DNA of 64,000 bases from Chara braunii (GCA_003427395.1 BFEA01000019.1:2173169-2237168), one strand, 5' to 3'; positions 24,958-37,449 are shown, numbered from the stretch's first letter. The notes: generated by a model not told the origin, from the sequence alone. Made by a program: numbers and translations.

Positions 24958-25601
24958 TTAGCCCCTGCCCTAGCAAAGGCCTGTCGGGAAGGAGGACTTC
25001 CTTCCCAAAAGATCAACGAAACAATAGAGCACATCTTCCTCCAATGCCCCCCAGGGGTGGTACTGACCTGCAGATGGTGGGACAACATTTGGGGACAAAT
25101 GGGAAATGGAAGCTACTGGCCATGCCCTACCGTCTTAACCCGAATAGAACGCCCGGCGGTCATTATACCTCTATTTGGTGGAACTTTAAGTCTAGATGCA
25201 GTGATAATATTTGGTGGAACTTTAAGTCTAGATGCAGTGATGATGACCGGGCCTTCTATTCGGGTGAAGACGGTAGCGAAAGGCCTGTCGGGAAGGATTT
25301 TTCTTCCCAAAAGATCAACGGAACAATAGAGCACATCTTCCTCCATTGCCCGGGGGTGGTACTGACCTGGAGATGGTGGGACAAAATGCGGAGAATCAAC
25401 GGAACAATAGAGGGCATCTTCCTCCATTGCCCGAGGGTGGTACTGACCTGGCGATGGTGGGACAAAATGCGGAGACGAATGGGAGATGGAAGCTACAGTA
25501 GGCCATGGGATTGGAGGGCAATCCTTTGTGGATATTGCCCTCCATCTCAGTCCAGCACTTTTGTCTCCTCTATGTTATGTCTAGCGAGGTGGCATTGGTA
25601 G
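24730..25601 (+). pseudogene. LINE ORF2 C-terminal (zf-RVT-like) remnant, locally triplicated
   Basis: ETIEHIFLQCP..WRWW motif occurs three times, followed by WDWRAILCG. Confidence 0.6.
25128..25275. mobile_element. Tc1/mariner-type MITE, same family, inserted in a LINE remnant
   Basis: TA-CCGTCTTAACCCGAATAGAACG ... TTCTATTCGGGTGAAGACGG-TA; a truncated third copy lies at ~16799-16878. Confidence 0.8.
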
Positions 25602-25687
25602 GCTGTTTATGAGCACTCTAGTGGCAAAGGTGCACTCGGGTAGTGGTGAGGGGTGAGAATCAAAGGGGGGGTAAGTAATGGAGACTA

Positions 25688-25923
25688 TTAAACCAGCAGT
25701 ACTTGGCCCAGCTATCGGCCGGGAAAAAAGATCCTAAAGTCACGGCTTGTAGTGGCCCGACGTACGTTTCCTAAAGTCGCGGCTTGTTTACGGGCACGNT
25801 TACGTTCTGTAGTGGAAACATTTCTAGTGGATGAATTTGGGCGCTTCTGTAGTGGCCCGGCGTACGTTTCCGAAAGTCGCGGCTTGTTTACGGGCACGAC
25901 TTTAGGAAGTACTGGTGGCTTAA
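25688..25923. mobile_element. TTAA-family MITE with internal duplication
   Basis: TTAA-ACCAGCAGTACTT ... AAGTACTGGTGGC-TTAA. Confidence 0.8.
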
Positions 25924-26174
25924 TTAAGCAACAGATCCAAACAAAGGTCAGGATCAAAATGGCCCACAATGAAAGAAAAGTCTGATCTCCTCAATGAATT
26001 GACAGACAGTACCCACACAATTACAGAATGCTGCATGGACTGGCTGGAGGGGAAAAGTGGGGATGGATAGCAGCAGAGGCCAGGGAAAGTAGGCATGCAA
26101 TGTGGTGGATCAGCAAGGCCAAAATACATCCCCAAGGGACTCAAAGCAGAAAAAAAAAAAAAAAAAGCAGAGCT

Positions 26175-26650
26175 TCAAACCACCAGTACCTTTCCCAGCT
26201 ATTTTTCAGAGATACAGCTGGTTAACAGCTGCAACTTTTGGGGCCCGGCCACCATTGATCCATTCCATCGGTGGCCGAAGACCACTGTGAGGGGGGGGTG
26301 CGGCCAATGTCTGGGCGAGGCACTGGTTGTTTAAACCACCAGTACTTCCTAGAGTGGTGCCCGTTAATGCGCCACGATTTTAGGAAACGTACGGGCTACT
26401 ACAGGAGCGTCCAAATTCATCCGACTAGAAACGTTTCTACTCTATTTTTTCCCGCGGCCAATAGCTGGGCCAAGTATTGGTGGTTTAATGTGTGGGCAAT
26501 GTACTGGTGGCTCAATGTGTGGGCAAGGTACTGGCGGTTCAATGACTGGACCGCGATCGGCACTTCAAGTTGGCGCTGTGAGGGGGCCGCGGCCAATGTG
26601 TGGGCGAGGCACTTGTGGTTTGATGTGTGGGGGAGGTACTGGTGGTTTAA
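26175..26650. mobile_element. Cluster of chained TTAA-family MITEs and stacked right termini
   Basis: Two elements share a TTAA at 26331. Four further GTACTGGTGGTTTAA-like ends follow, separated by TGTGTGGG(C) spacers. Confidence 0.75.
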
Positions 26651-27369
26651 TGACTGGAGGGCGATGGACACTTCCTTTCCCTTGCACCCGCTCTCCTACT
26701 GTCCAAATTTTTTGTTTCCTCGTCATGAAAATGATCAATAATAGATATGGAGGGGATAAAGCACGTGACACCGCCCTCCCTGTCCCAGCCCACTGACTCT
26801 TGCTAACGAGTTTGTGGTTTCAGGTGGTTGCTCTGTTTTGCAGAATCCAAGCAGAGGAATTGGGATCAGGAATGACGAAGGCAGATTGGTAGAAAAGGAG
26901 GTTATATCGCTGGAAATACATTGAGTCTCATTGGTGCCTCTGTGGACTACACTAGTACACTGGGGCTCTTTGGAAGAGAAACTGGGATGCTTCCAACCCC
27001 TGGAATTAAGATTTCATTTCTTCTTGGGTGGAAGCTAGAGCCTAGAAGATGAGGTAAAGCAGGTAACAAGGGTGGAATGTTACCTGTCTATCGTCCCCAG
27101 GAGTAATTATGTATAACTTATCCCCCCCTTTCCCCTCTTCTTGTTCGCCTACCTCTGCTGGGTCAATGAGTGGGAGTATTTTAGACCATCAGCAAGAACT
27201 GTGCCCTACACTCTGCCCCATCTAAGGTGGAACTACAGACAGGCTGAGACAGCATAAGAAGATAGCCAGTTAGCAAAAGAGCGGCTCTCATATATATCGT
27301 CACAAACAGAACTGCCCGGTAAACCGTAGGCAGAGAGAGAGAAGAGGACAACAAACGAGGGGCTGTGAC

Positions 27370-27407
27370 CTGTCTGTTATACACATCTAGATGTGTATAA
27401 GAGACAG
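27370..27407. other. Nextera mate-pair junction adapter with flanking artefactual 61-bp duplication
   Basis: 38-mer with one mismatch; 27309-27369 is repeated at 27408-27468. Confidence 0.95.
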
Positions 27408-27467
27408 GAACTGCCCGGTAAACCGTAGGCAGAGAGAGAGAAGAGGACAACAAACGAGGGGCTGTGA

Positions 27468-27525
27468 CAAACTGTTTCGTCGGAGTTTCACCGACTCATC
27501 AGGAGGCTGAACCCTCAACAGTCTG
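27468..27525 (-). ncRNA. Type III hammerhead ribozyme (intact core) in PAA1 intron 1, sense to the gene
   Basis: Minus strand: CAGACUG-UU/GAGG-GUUCAG-CCUC-CUGAUGA-GUCGG-UGAAACU-CCGAC-GAAA-CAGUUUG. All three stems and the CUGANGA/GAAA core are present; NUH triplet is GUU. Confidence 0.85.
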
Positions 27526-27824
27526 CAGAATCCCATATATATATATATGACTTTGAAAGGCAGTCAGCAGGCAGTCATTCTTCTGTCTTGATCAGTGCTG
27601 CCCGGTTTTTTTTTTTTTTTTTTTTTTTTTGTTAAGGGGGGTTTGCATTTATTGCTGTCCTGTTTTCCACCGCAACTTTTGATGACAAGTAGTTCAGGAC
27701 ATCGGTTCAATTACGGGATGCTGGACCGGGTTTCCAGCAAGTGATGCTCCCACGAATAGATCGGAGCCTCAAAAAACAAAAAACTTTGCGCCACGCTGAT
27801 CAGCAACCGAGGATGAGCCAACAC

Positions 27825-27893
<69 letters not shown>

Positions 27894-28913
27894 CTGACGT
27901 ACAACAATATTACGTTCTTTCGTCTCTGAAAAGATGAAGAGATACATAGGGTATGTCTGACTGCCTAGACGCCTGTGTTTCTAACGACCGAGGCCAACAA
28001 TAGAGAGACTTACGATGCACGATGGAAAGAAGATTCTGAAGAAGAAGGGAGAATTTAACTCAATCGAAATGAATTGAAGAAGAAGAAGAAGAACAAGAAG
28101 AAGAAAATCGTTTAGTGAAGAAGAAGAAGAAGAATTGAATTGAATTGAATTGAAGTAGCGAGGCTGACCGCTACGCGTCCATGTTCATAGAGTAGACAAC
28201 CACGGCTCCTACACGGACTTCCAGCTCAACGTGCAAGTGTTTAGTGACCTTACTGTTCAGTTGTTGGATGCAGTTTCCGCAACCCAAAAAAAAAAAAAAA
28301 AAAAAAAAGTGGGGAGGAAAATGACTCTTCACGCACGTTTAATCTCTGAGAATCCTACACAGACATATTAAACGTGAAGAGTCCTTCTCCTTCCCCTCTG
28401 TTTTGTTTTGGTGTTCCTTATTTTTGTGTGGGGGGTCCAAAATCTGCCTTGCTGCGGGTTATCCACTGTATATTGTGGAGTTTGAGCGGAACATAGGAAG
28501 TGAGGATGCCTGAGAGGGGGGAGGGGGGGGAAAGGAGGAAGAAGAAGAAGACAAAGACGAAGATCTATTATTGGCATTCCTCTTGGCCAAACCGGACACA
28601 GCTCCACTGATAAACCCACAATCTTGAGACCTTCAATTGTGGGGAACAAAAAACAACAACGAAAGCAAAAAGGAGCAAGAAAAACAAGGACAGACTTCAG
28701 AACTCAGAACCTGCTGAGGGTATCCCTGTTAATTGTCACCCCTCTATCTTCCTTTTTTTCCTCTTCCACCGTCCTTTTCCCTTTACAAGAAGCAGATTAA
28801 AAAAAAAACAAAAAACCGAGAAAAGCCTTTAGACCTGGGGCGGACCCGCAGCGGGGGGAGGGAGGAGGAAAAGGAGGGGTTTAAGAAGGGGTATACAAAC
28901 GACCATTGCTTAC

Positions 28914-29804
28914 CCCGACATCAATAATGATGACGTCATCCGCGCTGTCGTCCGCGTCCTGGTAGGGAACGGCAGAGTCGGCTTGAGAGTACACGCCATC
29001 CCCGCCCCCTCCTCCACCTCCACCACCTCCCTCTCCTATACCGTTCCCATTCCCTCCTCCGTTGATCGTCTGAGCGGCACTAGACAAGCTCGCGAATACG
29101 GCAAGCCCTCTTTGGCAGCGCGAGGGCGTGCAATGCACTCTGAGAAATGTCGGCACGTGGCAGCGATTCTGCGCTGAATCGCGCCGAGAGCTCGACACGT
29201 GGCAGCGAATCAGCGATGGATCTCGCCGAGAGAGGAGGTTCTCCTGTCTAGTCGTCGTCGCCCTCGCGAGCACTTTTGAGCGCGAAGGGGACAGGCAAGC
29301 ACGATGCAACGATAGCTTCCGTGACTCAGACGGAGTAGGATGATGCAACGCGAAACGATCACGTGGGTTCGATTCTGACGTGACACGTGGCGCGCAAAAC
29401 GACAAACCCCGTGCCTGAGCAGAGTTCGTCGGCGATGGCGTAGCACCGCTCTTGAAGAGCAAGTCGATCTCGGCGCAACAGGCAGCGGCCGCCATAGCCG
29501 GACCTTCCCGTAGATTTGAATATGGCCACGACGACGAGGGCATGAACTGCGATACTAGTCGGCCGTTCTGCCACGTGGCGGCCTTGATGCACCTGGAGGT
29601 CCCAACGCCACACCCCATCTTCTCACCACCTGAAGGCGGGAACGAGGCGGAGGACCAGGAGGAGGAGGAGGAGGAGGAGGGGGAGAGGGAGGGGGAGAGG
29701 GAGGGGGGGAAATCGTGACCAGTCGTTCGAAGTTGGCGTAGTCCTTGGCCATACGATAACGCGGTGCTTCGCGCCATCGCCGAGCCAGCGGAAGCTCCCG
29801 CCAT
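28914..29804 (-). CDS. PAA1: PAA1/HMA6-like chloroplast Cu-transporting P1B-ATPase, exon 1 (long Ser/Arg-rich transit-peptide-like region, Gly-rich linker, start of HMA domain)
   Basis: First in-frame ATG at 29804, with an in-frame TAG just upstream. Ends ...GGGGGGGGGGDG...DDVIIIDVG, followed by donor GGG|GTAAGC. The Gly tract plus IIIDVGGM is typical of PAA1 orthologues. Confidence 0.85.
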
Positions 29805-30135
29805 AGCCACAGCCTATGTAGCCCTGAGCAGGCACCCAACCAACGGCTCAGCCAGCGGGACCAGCAGACACCGCCAAGTTTCGGTCCGAAAGAGTTATGG
29901 GAATGAATGGGGATTAAAAATTTTGCTTGTTCCTAACGGTATTTTTGTTTTTTAAGAAACCGCAGTCATGTGGCCCTTCAGATCCAAAACGATTGCAAAA
30001 AGAGAAAAAAAAAAACAAAGCGCATACGACACTGGCTGGCCCTTTTTCAACCAACAAAAAAAAAAAAAAAAAACAAGGGAAAAATGCAAAAGGGAGTGGA
30101 ACTTGGACTCGCTGTGGGGATGTAATTTTTTTTTT

Positions 30136-30271
30136 TAGCAGCGTTGAGCTACCTCAACGCCTGAATCTGGGCGTGTTTGTGGAGACGTGCAGTTCAGGAA
30201 ACTCAACACCATTTCTGCACATCTCCGCAAAAGCGTCCACAGTCAGGCGTTGAGGTAGCTCAGCGCTGCTA
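30136..30271. mobile_element. TA-flanked foldback MITE / long hairpin ~330 bp upstream of the PAA1 ATG
   Basis: TAGCAGCGTTGAGCTACCTCAACGCCTGA...TCAGGCGTTGAGGTAGCTCAGCGCTGCTA; pairing extends ~55 bp per arm. Confidence 0.8.
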
Positions 30272-32292
30272 GTGGGACTTGGCCCCCGGTGAAGTTGCTG
30301 TTTTTGCCAAAAAAAAAAAAAAAAAAAAAAAAACGAAAGAAAAAAAGAAAGAAAGAAAGTGGACGCTGCGGCGGGGATCAGAAAAACTCAGAAAGGGGCA
30401 TTCGGGCGGCCACCGGCGGGGGCACATCCAGCGGATGTTGTCTGTTGATAGCCCATTGCACACATGTGCGGCTGCCGGAATGAAATGAACAGTGAACACA
30501 CTTTTCTTTGCGGCTGAGTTCGTCCATCTTTTTTTCTGCGGTGGGCCGAAGGCCGATATCTCATCCGTGGGTTAGAAAAAGTTTAGAAAAACAAAAAGAA
30601 AAAGGTGAGAGGACAGCTTCTGCGATGGCAAGCCATAAAGCAAATAAAGGCAAAAGAAAAAGAGGACAGCTTTTAATTTCACCCGCCGCTGAGGTGGACT
30701 GCGAAGACCCTCCTCGGCCGGCCCTGCCTTATCCAGAAAAGCCAACTCAAAGGGCCTCGCTCCACTGCTCACCACATGCACAAGAGAAACAATATGGAGG
30801 GGCACAGTCCCACTACCTAAGGAGTAAGGTAAAGTGTCCCACGGCAACACCTGTGGGACGTCTGTGGGACATCCTCCAGCCGTTGCTGCGTCGAAATCCG
30901 AGCGCAGCAAAATCAAGCTGTTGGGCTGTGGTTGGGGATGGGACTGGTCGGGAGTACCTCTCTCAGCCCCATTTGACTGCAGTATTCATGTGAGGGACGT
31001 CGGGCCCCCTTCCCGGATTTAATTGAAAGTTGTTTTCTTTATAAAAAAAAAAGATGTTTGAATATTTCAAAGTTGTGTTTCAATTTTTTTTATTTATTTT
31101 TTGCTTTTTGTTTTTTTACAAAAAAGGAGTACATTATGTCATCACGGGCTGGGAAAGGGGCCCAGCGTCCCTCATATCAATACCACGGCCTGCAGGGATG
31201 AACCAGACTCTCCGGCCTGGATTAACCCCACCGCGGAGCACCCGTCAGCCTGCAATGTCACACCCTAATTAACTCTAATTAACATCACGCCCTAATTAAC
31301 ACTAATTAACGTTGCTAACCCTAAAGCACAAACCAACTTAAACCATCAAAACGAAAGTGCAACCAACAAATCTAAAGATCCAATCCTAACCGCTGAAAAA
31401 AACCAACAGAATTCCACCCAATAACAACTAAACAATCAACGAACGAGTGACCCCTAACTGGCTCACAGGCAAAAAAACGACAACCAAATACCCACTACAC
31501 ACATCAACGTGGACTAATTAACCCTCGTAAACTATACAAGCGAAAAGAATCAAGCAAGGATGAAGAGTTCACAAGGTACACCACATCGGAAGTAGGAACA
31601 TCAGCAATGCAAAGCGATGCCTATCGCAGCTTAAAGCTTGTTGTCAACGACGATGGGCAATATCGGTCACAGCTAAGCTCTAGTGTCACTCTCCGGAGAG
31701 TCGGCGCTCGTCGATGCACGCGCGTCTCTCATCTCCCCATGAATCTTCAGCTTCTGACTCCGTATCAAAGCCAGGGGATTAAGTCCCTGACAGGTTTCAC
31801 ATATTGGTATGTACAGCACCCAGATCCCACCCTTCGGACCACCACGCATCTCCTCCTTCCTCCTGTAGTCTCTCCTGGAATGCCAGCATACACCGGTCGG
31901 GATCAGGATATGGCAGAAGCATTTCAGTGCTTCCTCAAGGCGGTCCCCACCCTGCGCCCACGCGCCTCTTCTCCCCCATCGCCCCCGCCACCACAACCCT
32001 AGGTTCTGGCACTGCGCAGCACTGATCGCAGCTGCACGAACGCAATCGGACTCCCCCAAAAGAGAAATAGCAAGTCTCCTTTTTTTTTTTTTTTTTTTTT
32101 CATAAACGCGGCCTACTGCTCCAGGTGATCACTGTGTACTCAGTGACTGGCCTCTACAACACCATGGACTTAAAAGTAATAATAATAATAATAAATAATA
32201 AATAAATAAGTTGCCTTCTCCTCATCGGGGGACAGTCATGTAATTTTCTCTCACCTCGCATAATTGGCAGCCGTCGAACACAAAAAGGAAAA

Positions 32293-32686
32293 GGGAAATT
32301 TTTTGAAATGCCCCTCTGACTTCCATTTATTTCCGTTATGCCCCTCCAACGGGTGACATACCCTATCGCGCCCCTCTGACAATGATTGAAGTGTCCGGAA
32401 ACCCCCTGGCGTTGTTGGGGCTGAAATATGTTCAATATGCTCTTGCCGGTACCGGTTCCAAATTTCCAGTATGCCCCGGTGGCTCCCCTCCTAGGCCCAG
32501 GGGAACAACTGCGAGTGCCACGAAAGCTCCCCTCCCAGGGCGAGGGGAACGGCTGCAAGTGCCACGAATGGCCACAGGGTCATGCTGGAAACTTCAGAGG
32601 CCCCAGGGGCACGATAGGGTAAGTAGGCCGTCGGAGTGGCATACCGCAAATAATGGAAGTCAGAGGGGCATTTCAGAAATTTTCCC
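32293..32686. mobile_element. Mutator-like MITE with ~85-bp TIRs
   Basis: GGGAAATTTTTTGAAATGCCCCTCTGACTTCCATT... / ...AATGGAAGTCAGAGGGGCATTTCAGAAATTTTCCC; imperfect 9-bp TSD AAAGGAAAA/GAAAGAAAA. Confidence 0.8.
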
Positions 32687-32789
32687 GAAAGAAAATCAAG
32701 TACACCACTTTGGTATTGAGCTTGCTTTTTTTGCGGGTCAATAGCAAGCCCCTTGAGTACTTCATTTGCTATGCAAAATAGAGAATATG

Positions 32790-32862
32790 GCCTCTGGCTC
32801 AGTGGTTAGGGCACCAATTGCCAATGCGCATTGTGGTCTGAGGTTCCGGGTTCAAAACTCCG
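32790..32862 (+). mobile_element. tRNA-derived SINE head
   Basis: TGGCTCAGTGG (A box) ... GAGGTTCCGGGTTCAAAACTCCG (B-box-like). Confidence 0.55.
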
Positions 32863-32913
32863 CAGCTCTGTGCAGAGACACTGGCACCGGCGGACGTTTA
32901 CGTAACACACGGT

Positions 32914-33448
32914 TACTTGCATACCCCATTGGGCTGACACAAGTGAGCTATTACAGACACTACCTGCTCAGAACCAAGGGTTCGTCCATGGTGTTGTATG
33001 TTGGGTCTAGACTATGATTGGTTCGCTTGCCGTTCTTGGTCCATGGTTGTTCTGATAATTGTGCAATTGTTTCCCTGTCTTGTATAGCGCATCAACCAGA
33101 CTAGTTGTCATTGTAGCTCAGTAGGTTTGAGCCGAGGATTGGTTGACAGAGGTAAGCTATTACAGACACTGCCTACGCACTACCCAAGGGTTCGTCCATG
33201 GTGTTGTACGTTGGGTCTAGACTACGATTGGTACTTGCATACCCCTTCGGCTGACACAAGTAAGCTATTACAGACACTGCCTGCGCACCACCCAAGGGTT
33301 CGTCCATGGTGTTGTATGTTGGGTCTTGACTATGATTGGTTCGCTTGCCTTTCTTGGTCCGTGGTTGTTATGATAATTGTGCAGTTGTTTCCCTGTCCCG
33401 TACAGCACATCAACCAGACTGGTTCTCACTGTAGCTCAGCAGGTTGAG
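32914..33448. repeat. Local tandem duplication (~215-bp unit twice plus a partial copy)
   Basis: AGCTATTACAGACACT...CCAAGGGTTCGTCCATGGTGTTGTAYGTTGGGTCT occurs three times. Confidence 0.85.
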
Positions 33449-33615
33449 TTGAAAATTATACGGAAGAGGTTGACGATTCAAAATTGGATCACATTGAACT
33501 GAGTGGTACACAGTGTTGTTGTTTATCCTCCTTGTCCATGGTTACGGGTATCTTTGTCTAACGGAACGCTCTCTAGGTATTCGCCCTGGGTTCAATTGTG
33601 GTTGGCATCACAGTT

Positions 33616-36600
33616 TGTGATGCGCAGCCTCACACCCCGGACGGTGTTTCATACGAAGAGGCGCCCGATCAGAGTAATTAGGGGCGTGGCTGAGGATGTT
33701 AGGCAAGGGTTGAATCACCTGGACGGAACGGGGGATTCTCGCTTCATGCCAAGGTTGTTCTAAAAATTAAGGCCGACAGAGAGGACTAAACGGAAACACT
33801 ACAGACTTCGAGGGGAAGACAAGACGGACATGCGGGGTATAACCGAAATTCCGCTTCGTCGAGGGTCCGGTGAACGTGCATGACGTTGCTGCCGCTAGAC
33901 AACATGAAAGAAAATGGGAAAACGCGGAGCCTACCGCTTCTCTTGCATCAGATTCACGCCAACTCTATCGCAAAAACCCAAGAGATAAGGAGTGTCTAAG
34001 CCTCCGAGTCGGATTCGTCAAGTCCGTGAGGTTGGATGGGAGCGTCATCGTCCAATTGGGGCGAGGTGAGGGGAACCTTGGTTCGGAAGCTCGCTAGTAG
34101 GGCGTCCACACTGCGGGAGAGATATGGGAACAGAGCCGATCCTTCGTACCCTAGGACCAGCCTCCATGAGGAACACGAGTCTCCTTGCCGACACCAGCGA
34201 CAATTAAATTGAGGCCGATGTCGAGCACATCGGTTCCCGCCTTTTTCACCAAAAGGCGACAACCCTCTCTGCCATATCACGGAGGAGTTAAACAAAACAA
34301 AACAGATAAAGGCAACTTGTGGACGATGCATAATAACCTCGTGAGTTGTCGAGACGACTGCGGTCGGGTCGTCCCTTCGTCCCTCTAGCTGGGTGCGCCA
34401 GCCATACTTCCCATGGTCCCCTACAACAAGATAGGTTCCCTCGGGGCACAATTTATCTTCCCTAAGGGGTTGTCACCACCTTTAGGGGTGTATCCCTACC
34501 GAGTTGCTGACTCACATGCGAAAGTTTTTACATGCAGTCGCAGAGGTGGATCAGTCGAGGGTGCTTGCTCGTTCACTGCAGTATAGGCACGCGTGGTTAA
34601 AACGTCGTCTGAACCCGAACGTTGTTCGTTCCTTAGGGTGTTGATCTTCTAAGTACTAACAGACGTCGGTCGGCTAGGACAGTCTCAACCAAGCGTGAAA
34701 CCAACGAACTAATGTTAGTCCCTTTACAATTTTCTAAAGACAAAACAAATACAATCAATACACCTTATATCCAATCACGCAAGATCGGTTTGGACCGCGT
34801 TAGGGAGAACGCTAACCCGACGTGAAAACCAACCCTCAAGAGTTTTTACTTGATGAGATGATATGCCACAGTTATTCTTCCCAGCCTACGTGACCGAAAA
34901 GCTCTTTATATCGCCGCTTCCGAGGCAGAGACTCTCTATTGATAAACGATTATGAAAAGGACAATCTAACACTTTATGTATGGATAGATCCGTCGACACA
35001 CCCACCAAACCTTATCATAAATGACTTTTGCACGTAAACTTCACTTCTACCATGCGGATCAAAGTGAGGTTTAACTTTTAACATAAGTTCGGATCCTCGG
35101 TTTTACCTGTCTTTGACAACTCATGTAGCCTGTCCGAGGTAAGGGTTGGATAAAAGTTTTGTTGGTTGCTTTATCCTCCTAGGCAAAGTTTAGGCGGGTA
35201 GCATCCTGAAGTGGTGAAAGGTCTGAAGATCCTGAAAACCACCTGTTTAGGCAGGCTGCATCCTGAAGTGGTAAAGAGTGTCCTGAAGTGGTGATGGAAA
35301 ATACGACTGTTGTTAACCTTCTCTCCCATAGCCATAAGCTTGGTGGCCGGATACTTGCGGCGTCGAAGGTCATAGGCACGTGCGACTTGGTAGTGAAAGA
35401 TTGTTGTTGCAATAAGGATTGCAACACAAGCTGGAGGTGGTCGGCAACCATCATGATTGGTGTGGACTCGACGGCCATACTCGGAGAAAGTAAGCGACAT
35501 TTCTTTTTATATCACAACAAAGGGAACAGTAAGGATTGTTTGAACGCTAGTTACTCAAGGTCGGTGGAATACTTATGTTTTTTCTTCCCTTTCACCCCGT
35601 TTGTACCCACACTATGTACTATGGACTCCTCGTTTTTGCTTTTTGGGCGTCTGAAAAAAAAAAAAAAAAAGTACTTAGGTGTGTGAGTGACCGTGGTAAT
35701 GGGAGAAAGGTGGAACACTGACTGTTTGTGGGGAATTGTTTTTTTTTTCTTTTATCTTTCTTAGGCTTGTGATAACTATGGTGTGCCAGTGTGCTGGTAT
35801 GTGGAGAGTGAAATGCATGTTTTTGAAAGGAGGAAACAAATGTTTGGATGATATATATTTTTTTTGCTTTCTGAACTTCATTCAATGTGTGGTGTTTGAC
35901 TAAGAAAAAATTAGAGGGAATAGAAGAAGAGAGGCTTCAAATAACCCATTCCTTGCTCCGAAGGCCACCGTTCTATCTGGAATGTCCATCTCCTTTTCTA
36001 GTCCTCATCAATTTTTTTTTTCTTTTTTTGTTTGAGTTTCGAGGTCGTGTGGGAAAACAGGATGGACAATCCACGTTGGGTTTGATCGTCCTCTCTCTCT
36101 AGGAAGCATCCAAGGCAGGGGTTCGTATGCTTTCAGATTCGGCCCCGTTATCGACTTGGAGTGGAGTCGATTTGTCAGGGGTGTTACTTTGTCGACTCAC
36201 TAGTAACGACCCAACCTCTGAGATCCGGGTCTTTCGGCTCGGGTGAGGGGAAGGAGTATCAACAGACCACTTCCTAGAGGGTTGGGCACGTGACGACGCA
36301 AAGTGGGTCAGTCCTTGCCGAGTCTTGGGCGGCGTGGGGCTGATTTAGTATTTTTGCGAGCGATCACCTTAAGTGTCACTATTATAATAAAAAGTTGAAG
36401 ACATAAAAAACTTCATCCTGCAAGAAGGACTAGTCTTCACGCATTAAAGCGTCACTCTTGTGGATGGGGTTCGCACCATGAGAAGTGCGGGTCCGAAGTA
36501 GATAACGAAGGTGGCGGCTCTTTATGCGCGGTGTCAACGGTTGTAATATCTCTTCGAGTATCCCTATGAAAAGGGGGTTACTTCATCATTTGAGGAACGA

Positions 36601-36675
36601 AAATATTGGGTCTTGGTCTTGAACCCGACACATGAATTGATACCAATCCCGAAAGAAAACGGGATACGAAAAAAG

Positions 36676-36715
<40 letters not shown>

Positions 36716-37449
36716 AAATAAAAAAAAAAAAGAAATAGATGAGGGGGAGGACTCGGAACCTCTAGCATCCCCCTTGGTCCCAAACCTGACGGCGACAAAT
36801 AACAAAACTAATGAGGATGACCACGTCGAGCCCTCAACCCCTCTGCCTCTTCAAGATGTCTTAATGCTGCTACATCGTTACCCACTGGCCTCGATCCCCG
36901 AATCTCCCGTATGGAAGCCCAACACCGTAACCGATAGTGTTAGGCCCACGGCTGAATCTACCACTAGCGGAAACCCATATAAATGGGTACTGCTAAAAAA
37001 TGCTCCAAGGTCACTCTTTCAGCCTGCCGACTAAATCAACGGTCGTCAAGCTCTCATGCCTATCGCGCGGAGGCCCCTGCCCACGTTTTATTTTCCCTCA
37101 CGTACTCCAATTACCACCAAAAAAGTCGCACTACCGCCAATGATGTTTTTTGTATGAAGGCACATGCGTCATAGCCATATCATCAGAAAAAATCGTTTGG
37201 TCCTAGTTTAATCAAAGTCAGAAGTTGGCCAGCGAAAGTGCATGTCCTATCTCATCAATAAGAAACATCGCTCTCGCCTTTAAACCGCGCGCCCATACAC
37301 TCTCTTTATTTCTAGTCAAAGCTTTAGTCAACATAAAAGAAAATACAGTCGCGACTCGCGCGGGGTAAAATTCCAAATCTACCTTATTTTTTGTCACTCT
37401 CCGAGTCAACACTTGGGCGGATACCCTTATAAGGGTATTCGCACCGACA
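33616..37449. mobile_element. Probable long LTR (TG...CA) of a Gypsy-like element
   Basis: Starts TGTGATGCGCAGCCTCACAC and ends GGATACCCTTATAAGGGTATTCGCACCGACA. 34430-34700 is homologous (inverted) to 52910-53170 of the solo LTR. Left boundary uncertain. Confidence 0.55.
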
